Assembly (NCBI GenBank): GCA_035488195.1
Contig: DATHLL010000226.1
Coordinates: 1-32,362 of the forward strand
Origin: Candidatus Elarobacter sp.
Lineage (GTDB): Bacteria > Vulcanimicrobiota > Vulcanimicrobiia > Vulcanimicrobiales > Vulcanimicrobiaceae
DNA length: 32,362 nt
Reading direction: 5' to 3'
The number at the start of each line of letters is the position of its first letter. Position 1 is the first letter of the stretch. A model generated the notes under the pieces. The model saw only the letters and a program-made list of their open reading frames with translations. It had not been told where the DNA came from and ran no database searches. Shown here piece after piece: positions 16,703 to 25,394 of this stretch. A program made the position numbers and the translations under genes.

Positions 16703-17493
16703 CGCGAGAGCCCGCGCGGCGGGAGGCCGAGCCCGAAGCGCAGCCACTGCAGCGTCTCGCCGAGCCTCCACCACGCGTGCCACATCCGGTCGGCGAGCGT
16801 CGCGCGCGCGTGGTGCTTCGCGTAGAGATAGTTGAGGTTGTTCCAGCGCGTCTCGAAGCTGCCCCGCCGATCGAAGCGGTTCGCCGCCGAAGGGCGGTGC
16901 TCGACGACGGCGTTCGCGGCGAAGACCAGCTTCCCGTACTTGCGCGCGCGCAGCGAGAAATCGTAGTCCTCGCCGTAGCAGTAGCCGCGCAGCCCGACGT
17001 CGTCGAACCGCTCGTGCGCGAAGAGCGTGCGGCGGAACGCGCAGCCCGCGCCCGAGGTGCGGCGCAGATCGTCGTCCGGCCCCGGCGAGTTCACGTCGAA
17101 GAACCCGTGCTCGAAGATCCGCGCCGAGAGCGGCGGCGGGTTGTACGTGCGGTCGGCGAGCCGCGACTGCACGCCGACGGCGCCGGGATGCGCGTCGAAA
17201 ACCGCGAGCGTCTCGGCGACGACGTCGTTGACGAACAGACAGTCGTCGTCGAGGAAGAGCACGATCTCGCCGTGGCTCGCGTCGATCCCCGCGTTGCGCG
17301 CCGCGGTCAGCCCGGAGAGCTCCGGCCGGTACAGGTGGACGAGATGCGGGCGCTCCGGCAGCGCGTACGGCTGCGCCGACTGGTCGACGACGATCACTTC
17401 CTCGATCTGCGGGCTGTGCTCGTAGACGCTCTCCAGCGCGCGCAGGATCTCGTCGGGGCGGTTCTTGGTGGGGATCACGAGGGAGAGGCGCAT
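16699..17493 (-). CDS. Glycosyltransferase family 2
   Basis: 'LSLVIPTKNR', 'VIVVDQS', 'ARNAGI', DXD 'FLDDD' and 'GEDYDFSLR'. Confidence 0.93.
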   Translation of the reverse strand: MRLSLVIPTKNRPDEILRALESVYEHSPQIEEVIVVDQSAQPYALPERPHLVHLYRPELSGLTAARNAGIDASHGEIVLFLDDDCLFVNDVVAETLAVFDAHPGAVGVQSRLADRTYNPPPLSARIFEHGFFDVNSPGPDDDLRRTSGAGCAFRRTLFAHERFDDVGLRGYCYGEDYDFSLRARKYGKLVFAANAVVEHRPSAANRFDRRGSFETRWNNLNYLYAKHHARATLADRMWHAWWRLGETLQWLRFGLGLPPRGLSR

Positions 17494-17527
17494 GCTCTCT
17501 CCCTCATTTCCCCGCCGAGCGCCGCGA

Positions 17528-19588
17528 TCATCGCACGACGATCGCGCTTTGCGGACCGAGCTGGCCGGGGATCGCGCCGCTCCACGACGCCTTCCCGCCC
17601 GCGTACGCGCCGTTCGCGTCGAGTGCCAGCGCGCTCGTGTAGTGCCCCGAGAGCGCCGGAACGGCGACCGGCGAGGACGACGGGTTCACCACCGCGGCGC
17701 ACGGCCCGATCGGCGCGCCCGCCTGATAGCACGCGCCGAACTCGCGGACGTACGCGCCGCCGCTGCGCAGGCTCGCGACGCTGCTCGAGGCGGTCTGCAG
17801 CGGCTGGCGCGGCACGACGTCGAACTCGGGCAGGACGCTCGAGCCGTCGGCGGCGAGCGCGAACGCGGCGATGATCGAGCGCGCGGGGTCGTAGGTGAGC
17901 CACCACGACGCGAGGACGAACAGCCGGTTCGCCGGCGTCGCGGGCGCGAGGTTCATGCAGATCGCCGGCGCGCCGTAGCCGTACGCCGCGAGCAGCGCGT
18001 TCGACATGTTCGTCCAGCGCGGCCCGCCGCTCGCGGTGTCGCCGATCACGCCGCCGTCGTCGCCGAAGCAGCCCTCGAAGTTCTGCCCCGCGACGTTCGG
18101 CGCTTTGAGGAACGCGCCGCCGTACGACGGCTGCAGGGTGTACGGGGTCGCGCCGTTCACGAAGACCGGGCGCGCCGCCGACGCGAGCATCTGCTTCTCC
18201 GCCGCGACGAACGACGCGTCGTCCGCGATCTCCGTCGACGCTTCGTTGAAGTTGTAGAGCAGTCCGGTGAGCTGCGTGCCGTCGGAGCCGTTGAAGACGC
18301 CGCCCGAGTCGTCGGCGAAGAAGTAGTCGAGCTGCGGCGCGGCGGCGACCGCGGAGCTCGTCGAGGTGCGATACGCGTTGCGCGCGCTCGCCGATGCGGG
18401 GTTCAGCGCCTCCTGGTACCCGTAGTGCGCGTCGAGATACTTGTGCACGCGCGCGCCGTCGGCGCCGTGCAGCCACGCGCTCTCGTCGCCGCTCACCAGC
18501 GAGCCGATCGGGCCTTGGCAGCCGCCGGCCGGCGCGGTGAACGGCGCGCTGCAGTACGCCGAGTACGCCGGATCGGTGTACGAGACCGCGTACTTCCCGC
18601 CCGCCGCCTTGAACGCGCGCGCCTGCGAAGGATCGTTCGCGGCGTCGACCTCGACGTAGTCCGCGTGCGCGGCCATCCACGCCGCCGGGATCGACGCGTT
18701 CATGCCGTTCAGGCCGTAGTAGTACCACGTCGCGACGTGCGAGGGAACGCCGGCGGCGGGCTGGCTCACCGGCGGCGGCGTGCTCGACGGCGGCGGCGTG
18801 CTCGAGGGCGGCGTCTGCACGCTCAGCGTCGCGGGCGACGTCGCGACCGGCGTTCCGGCGATGCTCGCCGAGAGATGCACCGCGCTCGCGCTCGCGCGCC
18901 CGTTGTAGATCAGGTTCACCGGCGTGCCGGGCGCGCCGAGGGTGGTCGTCGAGAGCGAGGTCGCGCCCGACGCGTCGTCGTCGCTCAGCGTGATCGGCGT
19001 CGCGTACGGATCGCTGCCGACGACGGTGTATCCCGCCGCGTCCTTCGCGGTGACGGTGACCGGGATCGTCGCCGGCGTCCCCGCGCTCACGCTGCTCGCG
19101 CCGAGCGTGACGGCGACCGACGCGACGACCGCGCCGAACGTCACCTTCACCGTGTTGCTCGCGCCGGCGACGATCGTCGTCGTCGTCTGCCCGGTCGAGA
19201 GCACGTGGCCGGTCCCGTTCGGCGCGTCGTAGAGGCTCAGCGAGAACGTCACCGTGCCGGGCGTGACGCTCGCGACGATCGTGCAGGTCGCATCGCAGTT
19301 CGTCGTCTGCGAGGTCCCCGCGTAGCTCACCGTCGCCGATTTCGTCCCGGCCGAGATGTAGCGCACGCGGCGCAGCGAGGAGCTGGCCGAACTCGCGGGC
19401 GGGATCGCGATCGAGATCGCGACCGACGCGGGCGCCGAGGATCCGCCGCCGGCGCTCGTGGTGCCGCCCGCCGGCGAGGAGACGGGCGGGAGGCTCGCGG
19501 CTCCGCCGCCGCCTCCGCCTCCGCAGGCGGCCAACAGGCTCGCCGCGAGGCAAAAGGAAACCGTATACGCGACCTGACGCGCACGCAT
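17528..19588 (-). CDS. Lipoprotein with Ig-like beta-rich domains, Pro/Ser/Thr linker and C-terminal glycoside-hydrolase-like domain
   Basis: Lipobox 'LLAAC' followed by poly-Gly, Thr/Val-rich strands and linker 'TPPSSTPPPSSTPPP'. The C-terminal ~400 aa are collinear with 15446..16702. Confidence 0.85.
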   Translation of the reverse strand: MRARQVAYTVSFCLAASLLAACGGGGGGGAASLPPVSSPAGGTTSAGGGSSAPASVAISIAIPPASSASSSLRRVRYISAGTKSATVSYAGTSQTTNCDATCTIVASVTPGTVTFSLSLYDAPNGTGHVLSTGQTTTTIVAGASNTVKVTFGAVVASVAVTLGASSVSAGTPATIPVTVTAKDAAGYTVVGSDPYATPITLSDDDASGATSLSTTTLGAPGTPVNLIYNGRASASAVHLSASIAGTPVATSPATLSVQTPPSSTPPPSSTPPPVSQPAAGVPSHVATWYYYGLNGMNASIPAAWMAAHADYVEVDAANDPSQARAFKAAGGKYAVSYTDPAYSAYCSAPFTAPAGGCQGPIGSLVSGDESAWLHGADGARVHKYLDAHYGYQEALNPASASARNAYRTSTSSAVAAAPQLDYFFADDSGGVFNGSDGTQLTGLLYNFNEASTEIADDASFVAAEKQMLASAARPVFVNGATPYTLQPSYGGAFLKAPNVAGQNFEGCFGDDGGVIGDTASGGPRWTNMSNALLAAYGYGAPAICMNLAPATPANRLFVLASWWLTYDPARSIIAAFALAADGSSVLPEFDVVPRQPLQTASSSVASLRSGGAYVREFGACYQAGAPIGPCAAVVNPSSSPVAVPALSGHYTSALALDANGAYAGGKASWSGAIPGQLGPQSAIVVR

Positions 19589-19821
19589 GAGCGAACTCCG
19601 TTTCGGGTGATTGCGCTCGACGCGTGACTTGGGTTACACTTGCAGAAAGTCAGTACGCCGAGGCAAGGCTGCTGGCGAACACGCTGCACCGTCGACGAGC
19701 TTGCCGGCATGACCGGCGGTGTAGCGGATCTTCCGAGGGCGGCGCTTCCTGCGTCGCCTTCGTCGTCGTTAGCCTATGAAGCCGGCGTCTACGAAGCGTC
19801 TACGCCGGGCTTGCCTTCTTG

Positions 19822-19848
19822 TTATCGGACGATCGGAAGCGCGGTTGA
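19822..19848 (-). promoter_or_regulatory. Candidate sigma28 (FliA/SigD/WhiG-type) promoter for the lipoprotein gene
   Basis: Minus strand reads TCAA-N15-TCCGATAA versus consensus TAAA-N15-GCCGATAA; intergenic and correctly oriented. Confidence 0.45.
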
Positions 19849-19864
19849 GCGTGCGTGAGCGCGC

Positions 19865-21400
19865 TCACGCGAAGGTCGCTTCGTTCGCCGGGCCGCCCTT
19901 GAGCAAGCGCCGCGCGGCCCCGACCGCCTTGCGCGCGGTGGCGGGCAGCTTGCGCAGGTCGCGGTAGGTGTACTTGCCGTCGACGACGATGCGGCCGCGG
20001 GTGAAGCTGACGGTGTGGATGCCGCGGTTCCAGCGGCCGAAGCCGCCGGCGGCGTGGCGCTGCACGATCTCCTCGCGGTACGAATCCGGCGTCAGCTCGT
20101 CGATCCGCGCGATCACCAGCCCGCCGCCGTACGAGTCGGAACAGTCCTGCGCGGGCCGGTAGAGCGTGCCGTCGACGACGAACGGCTGTCCCGCGGGGCG
20201 CGCGCTCGCGACGTCGACGACGATCGGGTTCAGCGCGTGCGGCCGCCACGGGCCGCGCGGCGAGTCGGCGTGGAACGCGTTGAGCGCGAGCGTCGAGCCG
20301 CGCGAGTAGCGCGTGCAGAACGCCCACCAGCGGCCGCCGTGCGCGAAGAGCGTCGTGTCGACGCCGTCGAACGCCGGGAACAGCGCGATCTCGCGCTCCC
20401 ATCTGTCGGGGAAGCGCACGCAGCGGTAGAGCGCGACCTCGTTGCGCTCGCAGGTCTCGGGGACGAGATAGAGCTCGCCGTCGATCTCGACCGGATACGG
20501 ATAGCTCAGGTGCGTCGCGCCGTCGATCGCGCGCTCGCGGCGCACGACGTTGTCGTCCTCGTCGAGGATCAGCGCGTCGATCACGCCGCGCCCGTGATCG
20601 TACTCGAACGTCTCGACGAGCAGCGCGCGCACGCCGTCGCGCTCGACGACGAACGGATCGGCGATGAACGTGAACGGCTCGGGCCGCGGGAGCCACCGCA
20701 CCTCGAGCGGGTCGGGCGAGAGCAGCCGCGCCGCCTCGCCGTGGACGAAGCCGACGTTCCATTCAGAAACTTCCAGCAGCGAGGCGGTCGCGGCGGCGGC
20801 GAGCCGGCGCACCAGCCAGCCGCAGAAGCGCGCCGTCCCGAGCGCGCCGAGCGGGCGCGGCGCCGAGCGGACGATCAGCGGGGTCCCGGCGACGGCGGCA
20901 CCGGCCGCCAGCGCCGACAGCACGACGGCGGGCCAGCGCGCGGTCTCGCCGAGCGCGAGCCGGATCGTCCCCGGGTACCAGCGGGTGACGCCGAAGCGCC
21001 CGGTCCGCACGACCTCGGTCGTGCTGCCGGTCCGGCGCAGCAGCGCGGTGGTGAACGTGGCGGCGCCCGAGGCGATCTCGCGGCCGGCCGGGAGCGCGGG
21101 ATCGTCGTCCTCGCCGATCCTGAACCGCCAGACGCCCCGCGGCGCCTCGGCCGAGACGCCGCCGCCGGTCAGGTCGAGGACGGCGTCGGCGCCGGCCAGC
21201 TCGGCGCCCTCGGCGGCGATTTCGACCGGGGCGAGCGCCGCGACGCCGAGCCGCGCGGCCAGCGGGCGGCCCGGGCCGGGCCGCGAGTCCGGAACGCGGA
21301 CGACGCGGACGGTCAGCGCCGGCTCGGCGCGGAGCGCCGCGATCGCCCAGGCGTGCCACTGCGGGACCTTCCCGGCCGGGACCGCGACGGCGACGATCAC
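19865..21400 (-). CDS. GINT1-like protein: degenerate formyltransferase-like N-terminus plus five-bladed beta-propeller (GH-like) domain, 511 aa
   Basis: GTG 21400 overlaps the wzy stop (GTGA). Motifs 'FIADPF', 'HLSYPY', 'YLVPET', 'ARPAG' and 'LYRPAQDCSDSYGGG'. Confidence 0.8.
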   Translation of the reverse strand: MIVAVAVPAGKVPQWHAWAIAALRAEPALTVRVVRVPDSRPGPGRPLAARLGVAALAPVEIAAEGAELAGADAVLDLTGGGVSAEAPRGVWRFRIGEDDDPALPAGREIASGAATFTTALLRRTGSTTEVVRTGRFGVTRWYPGTIRLALGETARWPAVVLSALAAGAAVAGTPLIVRSAPRPLGALGTARFCGWLVRRLAAAATASLLEVSEWNVGFVHGEAARLLSPDPLEVRWLPRPEPFTFIADPFVVERDGVRALLVETFEYDHGRGVIDALILDEDDNVVRRERAIDGATHLSYPYPVEIDGELYLVPETCERNEVALYRCVRFPDRWEREIALFPAFDGVDTTLFAHGGRWWAFCTRYSRGSTLALNAFHADSPRGPWRPHALNPIVVDVASARPAGQPFVVDGTLYRPAQDCSDSYGGGLVIARIDELTPDSYREEIVQRHAAGGFGRWNRGIHTVSFTRGRIVVDGKYTYRDLRKLPATARKAVGAARRLLKGGPANEATFA

Positions 21401-22875
21401 GGGGCGGCCGGGGCCGGATCGCGCCGGTACCGGCGCCGCTGCGCCCGCGGCGCGGGGGCCGGGACGGGCGCCGGGGGCGGCTCGTAGACGACCGCCGGCG
21501 CGGGCGCGCGGCGGCGGGAGAGCGCCACGGTCCGCAGCTGCGCCGTCGTCGCGAGCGCGATCCAGAGGTACTTGTACGTCTGCAGCCCGATGAACAGCGA
21601 GCAGATCCCGAGGCCGATCAGCGAGGCCGTGAAGGCGATGCGCAGATCGTAGAGATCGTCGCCGCGCCGGATCCCGCGGAACTGCCGGAACGTCGTCACG
21701 TAGGCGAGCGCGAGCAGGAACAGCCCGACCACGCCGAGCTCGACCGCGGCCTGGAGCGGCGTGTTGTGCGGCGGCCGGCCCCACCCCGCGTTGTAGAACT
21801 GGAAGACGTGCAGGTAGGTGCGGTCGTAGGCCTCGATCGCGCCGCCCGCGCCCCAGCCGAAGAACGGGTGGATCTTGAAGGCGGCGAGCCCGGTCTCCCA
21901 GATCCCGGTGCGGCCGGCGCCGCCGGTCGCGATCGCGTCGGTGATGCGCGCGCCGATCGTCGGGACGAACACTGGGACGAGTCCGAGGATCCCGGCCCCG
22001 ACGGCGAAGCCGAGCACGCGCCGGCGCGAGAAGAACACGGTGATGACGATGACGACGGCGCAGGCCAGCATCGCCTCGCGCGAGAGGCTCATCAGCTCGC
22101 CGGCGAACAGCACGACCAGCGCGAAGATCGAGCCGAGGATCACCAGCAGCTTGCGCGAGTTCAGCAGCGCGACCAGCGAGAGCGCGATCGGCGTGACCAT
22201 CGCGTTCGCGAAGTGGTTCGCGTCGATCGTCCGGTTGTCGACGTTGATCATGAGGCGCCCGGTCTCGCCGCCCATCGTCGCCATCGCCGGCTGGTCGTGC
22301 AGCAGGTACATCCCGTAGAAGCTCGAGGCGATCCCGCCGAGCACGATGCAGGTGCAGATCGCGCGCAGGTCGCGCTCCTCGACCGGCGCGACGGAGAGCA
22401 CCGCGAACATCCCGATCAGCGAGACCGTCGTCTGCGCGTCGAGCAAGCCGTTCTGGACGTCGGCCGACCACAGCAGGCTGATCAGCAGCCACGCCAGGTA
22501 CGCGAGCCAGACGTAGAGGCTGAACGGCGGCGGGTTGATCCCCTTGCGCCGGAACGCGTACACCATGATGAAGAGCGTCGAGAGGACGCCGAGCATCTTG
22601 GTCAGCGTCCCGGAGCCCGAGATCTTCAGCATGTTGTCGAACGGGATCAGCACGACGTAGATCCCGTACGGGAACAGGTACGAGCGCTTCAGCGCGAGGA
22701 CGAGCAGCGCCGGCGCGACCGCGAGGCCGGCGACCAGGACCGTCAGCCGGACGTCGCCGGTCCCGATCGTGTAGACGAAGGCGGCGAAGAGCGCGCCCAT
22801 CACGGCGATCCCGAGCGAGAGCCGCGTGCGGCGGTCGCTGAGGTCCGGGCGCGGCAACGAGCCGGTGGAGAGCAT
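21397..22875 (-). CDS. O-antigen ligase / Wzy polymerase family membrane protein
   Basis: About 12 TM segments with 'DANHFA', 'SLSRE', 'GRTGIW...HPFFGWGAG' and 'PHNTPLQAAVELGVVG' (Wzy_C motifs). Confidence 0.88.
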   Translation of the reverse strand: MLSTGSLPRPDLSDRRTRLSLGIAVMGALFAAFVYTIGTGDVRLTVLVAGLAVAPALLVLALKRSYLFPYGIYVVLIPFDNMLKISGSGTLTKMLGVLSTLFIMVYAFRRKGINPPPFSLYVWLAYLAWLLISLLWSADVQNGLLDAQTTVSLIGMFAVLSVAPVEERDLRAICTCIVLGGIASSFYGMYLLHDQPAMATMGGETGRLMINVDNRTIDANHFANAMVTPIALSLVALLNSRKLLVILGSIFALVVLFAGELMSLSREAMLACAVVIVITVFFSRRRVLGFAVGAGILGLVPVFVPTIGARITDAIATGGAGRTGIWETGLAAFKIHPFFGWGAGGAIEAYDRTYLHVFQFYNAGWGRPPHNTPLQAAVELGVVGLFLLALAYVTTFRQFRGIRRGDDLYDLRIAFTASLIGLGICSLFIGLQTYKYLWIALATTAQLRTVALSRRRAPAPAVVYEPPPAPVPAPAPRAQRRRYRRDPAPAAP

Positions 22876-22926
22876 CGCGCTATCCCGGCCTCTCAGCGCG
22901 GTCGATCGTCCGTGAATCCTCGCGCG

Positions 22927-24186
22927 TCACGCGCCCTCCAAGCAAGTGTCCGACTCGTTACCGGTATACCCAATTCCTCGTCGCCGCGTCGCCCCTGCGA
23001 TCAGCGAGCGCAGCCGTTCGCTGGTGCGCGTCCCGTCGAAATCCGTCTCGACCCGCCGCCGTGCCGCTTCGCGAAGCCGGGCTCGGAGCCCCGGGTCCGC
23101 CGCGACCCGCGCCAGCGCCTCGGCGAGCGCGGCGGGATCGGAGTGCGGGACCAGCACCCCCGTCGTCGCGTCGACGAGCTCGCCGACGCTCCCGGAGTCG
23201 GTCGCGACGACGACCGCGCCGGCGGCCATCGCCTCGATCAGCGCGACCGGGACCCCCTCCATCAGCCCGCCGGGCCGCTCCACGCTCGAGATCACCGAGA
23301 CGTCGAAGGCGCCGGCCTCGAGCCGGGCCAGCAGCTCGTCGTGCGGGACCCCGCCGGCCAGGTGCACCGCGCCGTCGAGCCCGGCGGCCGCGATCTGCCG
23401 CGCCAGCGCCTCGCGCAGCTCGCCCTCGCCGGCCAGCGTGCAGTCGAAGGCGACGCCGCGGTCGCGCAGCAGCGCCAGCGCCTCGATCAGGAACGCGTGC
23501 CCCTTGACCGGGACGAGCCGGGCGGCGCACAAGATCCGCAGCGGGCCGCCGCCGGGCGCGCCGTCCGGCACGGCGCGGGGCGCGGGCAGCCCGACGCCGA
23601 GCCGGACGAGCGCGACCTTCGCGGGGTCGCCGCCGGTCAGGCGGAGCAGGTCGGCGCGGCCGCGCTCCGAGATCGTCCGCACGAAGGCGGCGTCGCGGAG
23701 CTTCCGCGCCGCCATGTTGTTCTCGTAGAGGTCCCAGCGGTGCGTCGTCGCGCTGAACGGGACGCCGGCGATCCGCGCCGCGAGCCACGCGACGGTCGCC
23801 GGGGTCGAGAGCCAGTACGCGTGGAGGTGCTCGAAGCCGCGGCGCCGCGCGAGCTCGCCGAGCGCGAGCCCCTTCGGGACGACGGCGAGGTTCTTCAGCT
23901 TCCCCCGCATCGGGTAGCGCTCGGCGAGGATCGCGGCGATCCCGCCCAGCGCGGCGCGCGGGCGGCGCAGCACCGCGCGCAGCGCGAGCGCGAACGTGGA
24001 GAGGCCGGCGAGCGGGAGCGCCAGCACGTCGGCCGGGACGGCGTCGTAGCCGAACCGGCGCTCCGCCGGCGTGGTCGGGAAGAGCGTGACGCGCTCGAAC
24101 GCGGGCGCGAGCGCGCGCAGCTCGGTGTCGAGGAACGGCTCCGCGCGCCCGAACGGATACTTCGCCGAGACGATGCAGAGCCTCAC
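22927..24186 (-). CDS. Glycosyltransferase family 4 (WcaL-like)
   Basis: 'YPFGRAEPFL', 'HLHAYW', 'ARLVPVKGH' and 'MEGVPVALIEAMAAG'. Confidence 0.92.
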   Translation of the reverse strand: MRLCIVSAKYPFGRAEPFLDTELRALAPAFERVTLFPTTPAERRFGYDAVPADVLALPLAGLSTFALALRAVLRRPRAALGGIAAILAERYPMRGKLKNLAVVPKGLALGELARRRGFEHLHAYWLSTPATVAWLAARIAGVPFSATTHRWDLYENNMAARKLRDAAFVRTISERGRADLLRLTGGDPAKVALVRLGVGLPAPRAVPDGAPGGGPLRILCAARLVPVKGHAFLIEALALLRDRGVAFDCTLAGEGELREALARQIAAAGLDGAVHLAGGVPHDELLARLEAGAFDVSVISSVERPGGLMEGVPVALIEAMAAGAVVVATDSGSVGELVDATTGVLVPHSDPAALAEALARVAADPGLRARLREAARRRVETDFDGTRTSERLRSLIAGATRRRGIGYTGNESDTCLEGA

Positions 24187-24217
24187 GGCAAACCTTGTAC
24201 CCGCTCGCTCGCCGTCG

Positions 24218-25384
24218 CTAGGCGGCGCTTTCCGCGGCGAGCGTGAGCGGGACCGGCGCGCCCTCGCGGTGGACGTCGGCGTCGATCGCGCGGCGGAACC
24301 CCGCGCTCAGGAACGGCCGCTCGAAGACCAGGTAGAACCCGTACGCCGCGACCAGCACGGCCGCGATCACCGCGGCCCACACCGCGGCGCTCAGCGCCGG
24401 GCCGGCGTGGATCCGGTAGAGCACGGCGCCGACGAGGTCGACGATCGGCGCGTGGATCAGGTACAGGCTGTACGAGAACGTGCCGAGGAAGACGATCGGG
24501 CGCGCGGCCAGGAAGCGCGCCGGCAGGATCCGCTCGCTGAGGTGCGCGGCGACGAAGAACAGCGCGATCGAGAGGCCGAGCAGCAGGTCGTAGCCGGCCG
24601 CGAAGATGTCGGACCGCGCGCCGTCACGGTACTGCGTGAGCGCCGCGACGGTGACCGCCGCGGAGACCAGCGCGAGGACGTTCCAGGGCACCTTCGGCAG
24701 CTCGCGCCGCGCGCACAGATCGGCCGCGATCATCCCCATCGCGAACAGCACCACAAGCCACGGAACGCTCCAGTCGAGATACCAGCCGAACTGGTGCGGC
24801 GCGAACCCGACGATCACCGCCGCGACGAACGGCGCGACCAGCCCGAAGCGACGCCACAGCGGGACCAGCAGCAGCGCGAAGACGACGTAGATCTGGCATT
24901 CGAGCGCGATGCTCCAGAGCGGCCCGTTCAGGTACTCGGTCGTCGCGTAGAACAGGTTGTGGATCAGCGCGAGGTGCAGCGCGATCGCGATCGCGATGTG
25001 CGGGACGTTCGCGTGCCCGCCGAGCAGGATCGCCGACGCCGCGAACGGGATCGCCGAGAGCAGCACGACCGGGACGTACGCCGGCATCAGCCGCCGCGCG
25101 CGCCGCAGGAAGAACCGCTTCGCGTTCAGCGGTTTCCCCTCGCGCTGCGCGACCGGCAGCCCGAGACAGAACCCGGAGACGACGATGAACGCCGCGACCG
25201 AGAAATGCCCGTACTGCAGGAACGGCGTCGCGGCGAACCACGCGCCGAGCGTCGCGGTCGCCGGGTGCTGGATCGCCGTCTGCCAGATGTGGAAGACGAA
25301 CACGTAGAGCGCCGCGACGCCCCGCAGCCCCTCGACGTGCGGATAGTACGTGCGCGCGGTCGCGGTCGCCGGGGCGGCGCTCAT
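24218..25384 (-). CDS. Acyltransferase family 3 (OafA-like polysaccharide O-acyltransferase)
   Basis: 'VEGLRGVAALYVFVFH', 'FIVVSGF', 'FFLRRARRLMPAY', 'LWSIALECQIY' and 'LGTFSYSLYLIH'. Confidence 0.93.
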   Translation of the reverse strand: MSAAPATATARTYYPHVEGLRGVAALYVFVFHIWQTAIQHPATATLGAWFAATPFLQYGHFSVAAFIVVSGFCLGLPVAQREGKPLNAKRFFLRRARRLMPAYVPVVLLSAIPFAASAILLGGHANVPHIAIAIALHLALIHNLFYATTEYLNGPLWSIALECQIYVVFALLLVPLWRRFGLVAPFVAAVIVGFAPHQFGWYLDWSVPWLVVLFAMGMIAADLCARRELPKVPWNVLALVSAAVTVAALTQYRDGARSDIFAAGYDLLLGLSIALFFVAAHLSERILPARFLAARPIVFLGTFSYSLYLIHAPIVDLVGAVLYRIHAGPALSAAVWAAVIAAVLVAAYGFYLVFERPFLSAGFRRAIDADVHREGAPVPLTLAAESAA

Positions 25385-25394
25385 CGCGCGCGGC

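Noticed and set aside
19589-19821. c-di-GMP-I riboswitch in the lipoprotein leader
   Set aside because: Only loose fragments (GGCAAG, GACGCAGG) resemble the consensus; the GNRA tetraloop/receptor architecture could not be built by eye. An Rfam scan is needed.
21401-22492. N-terminal extension of ORF 19865..22492
   Set aside because: Overlaps the Wzy-like gene out of frame with low-complexity Arg-rich sequence; the GTGA overlap at 21400 is a better start.
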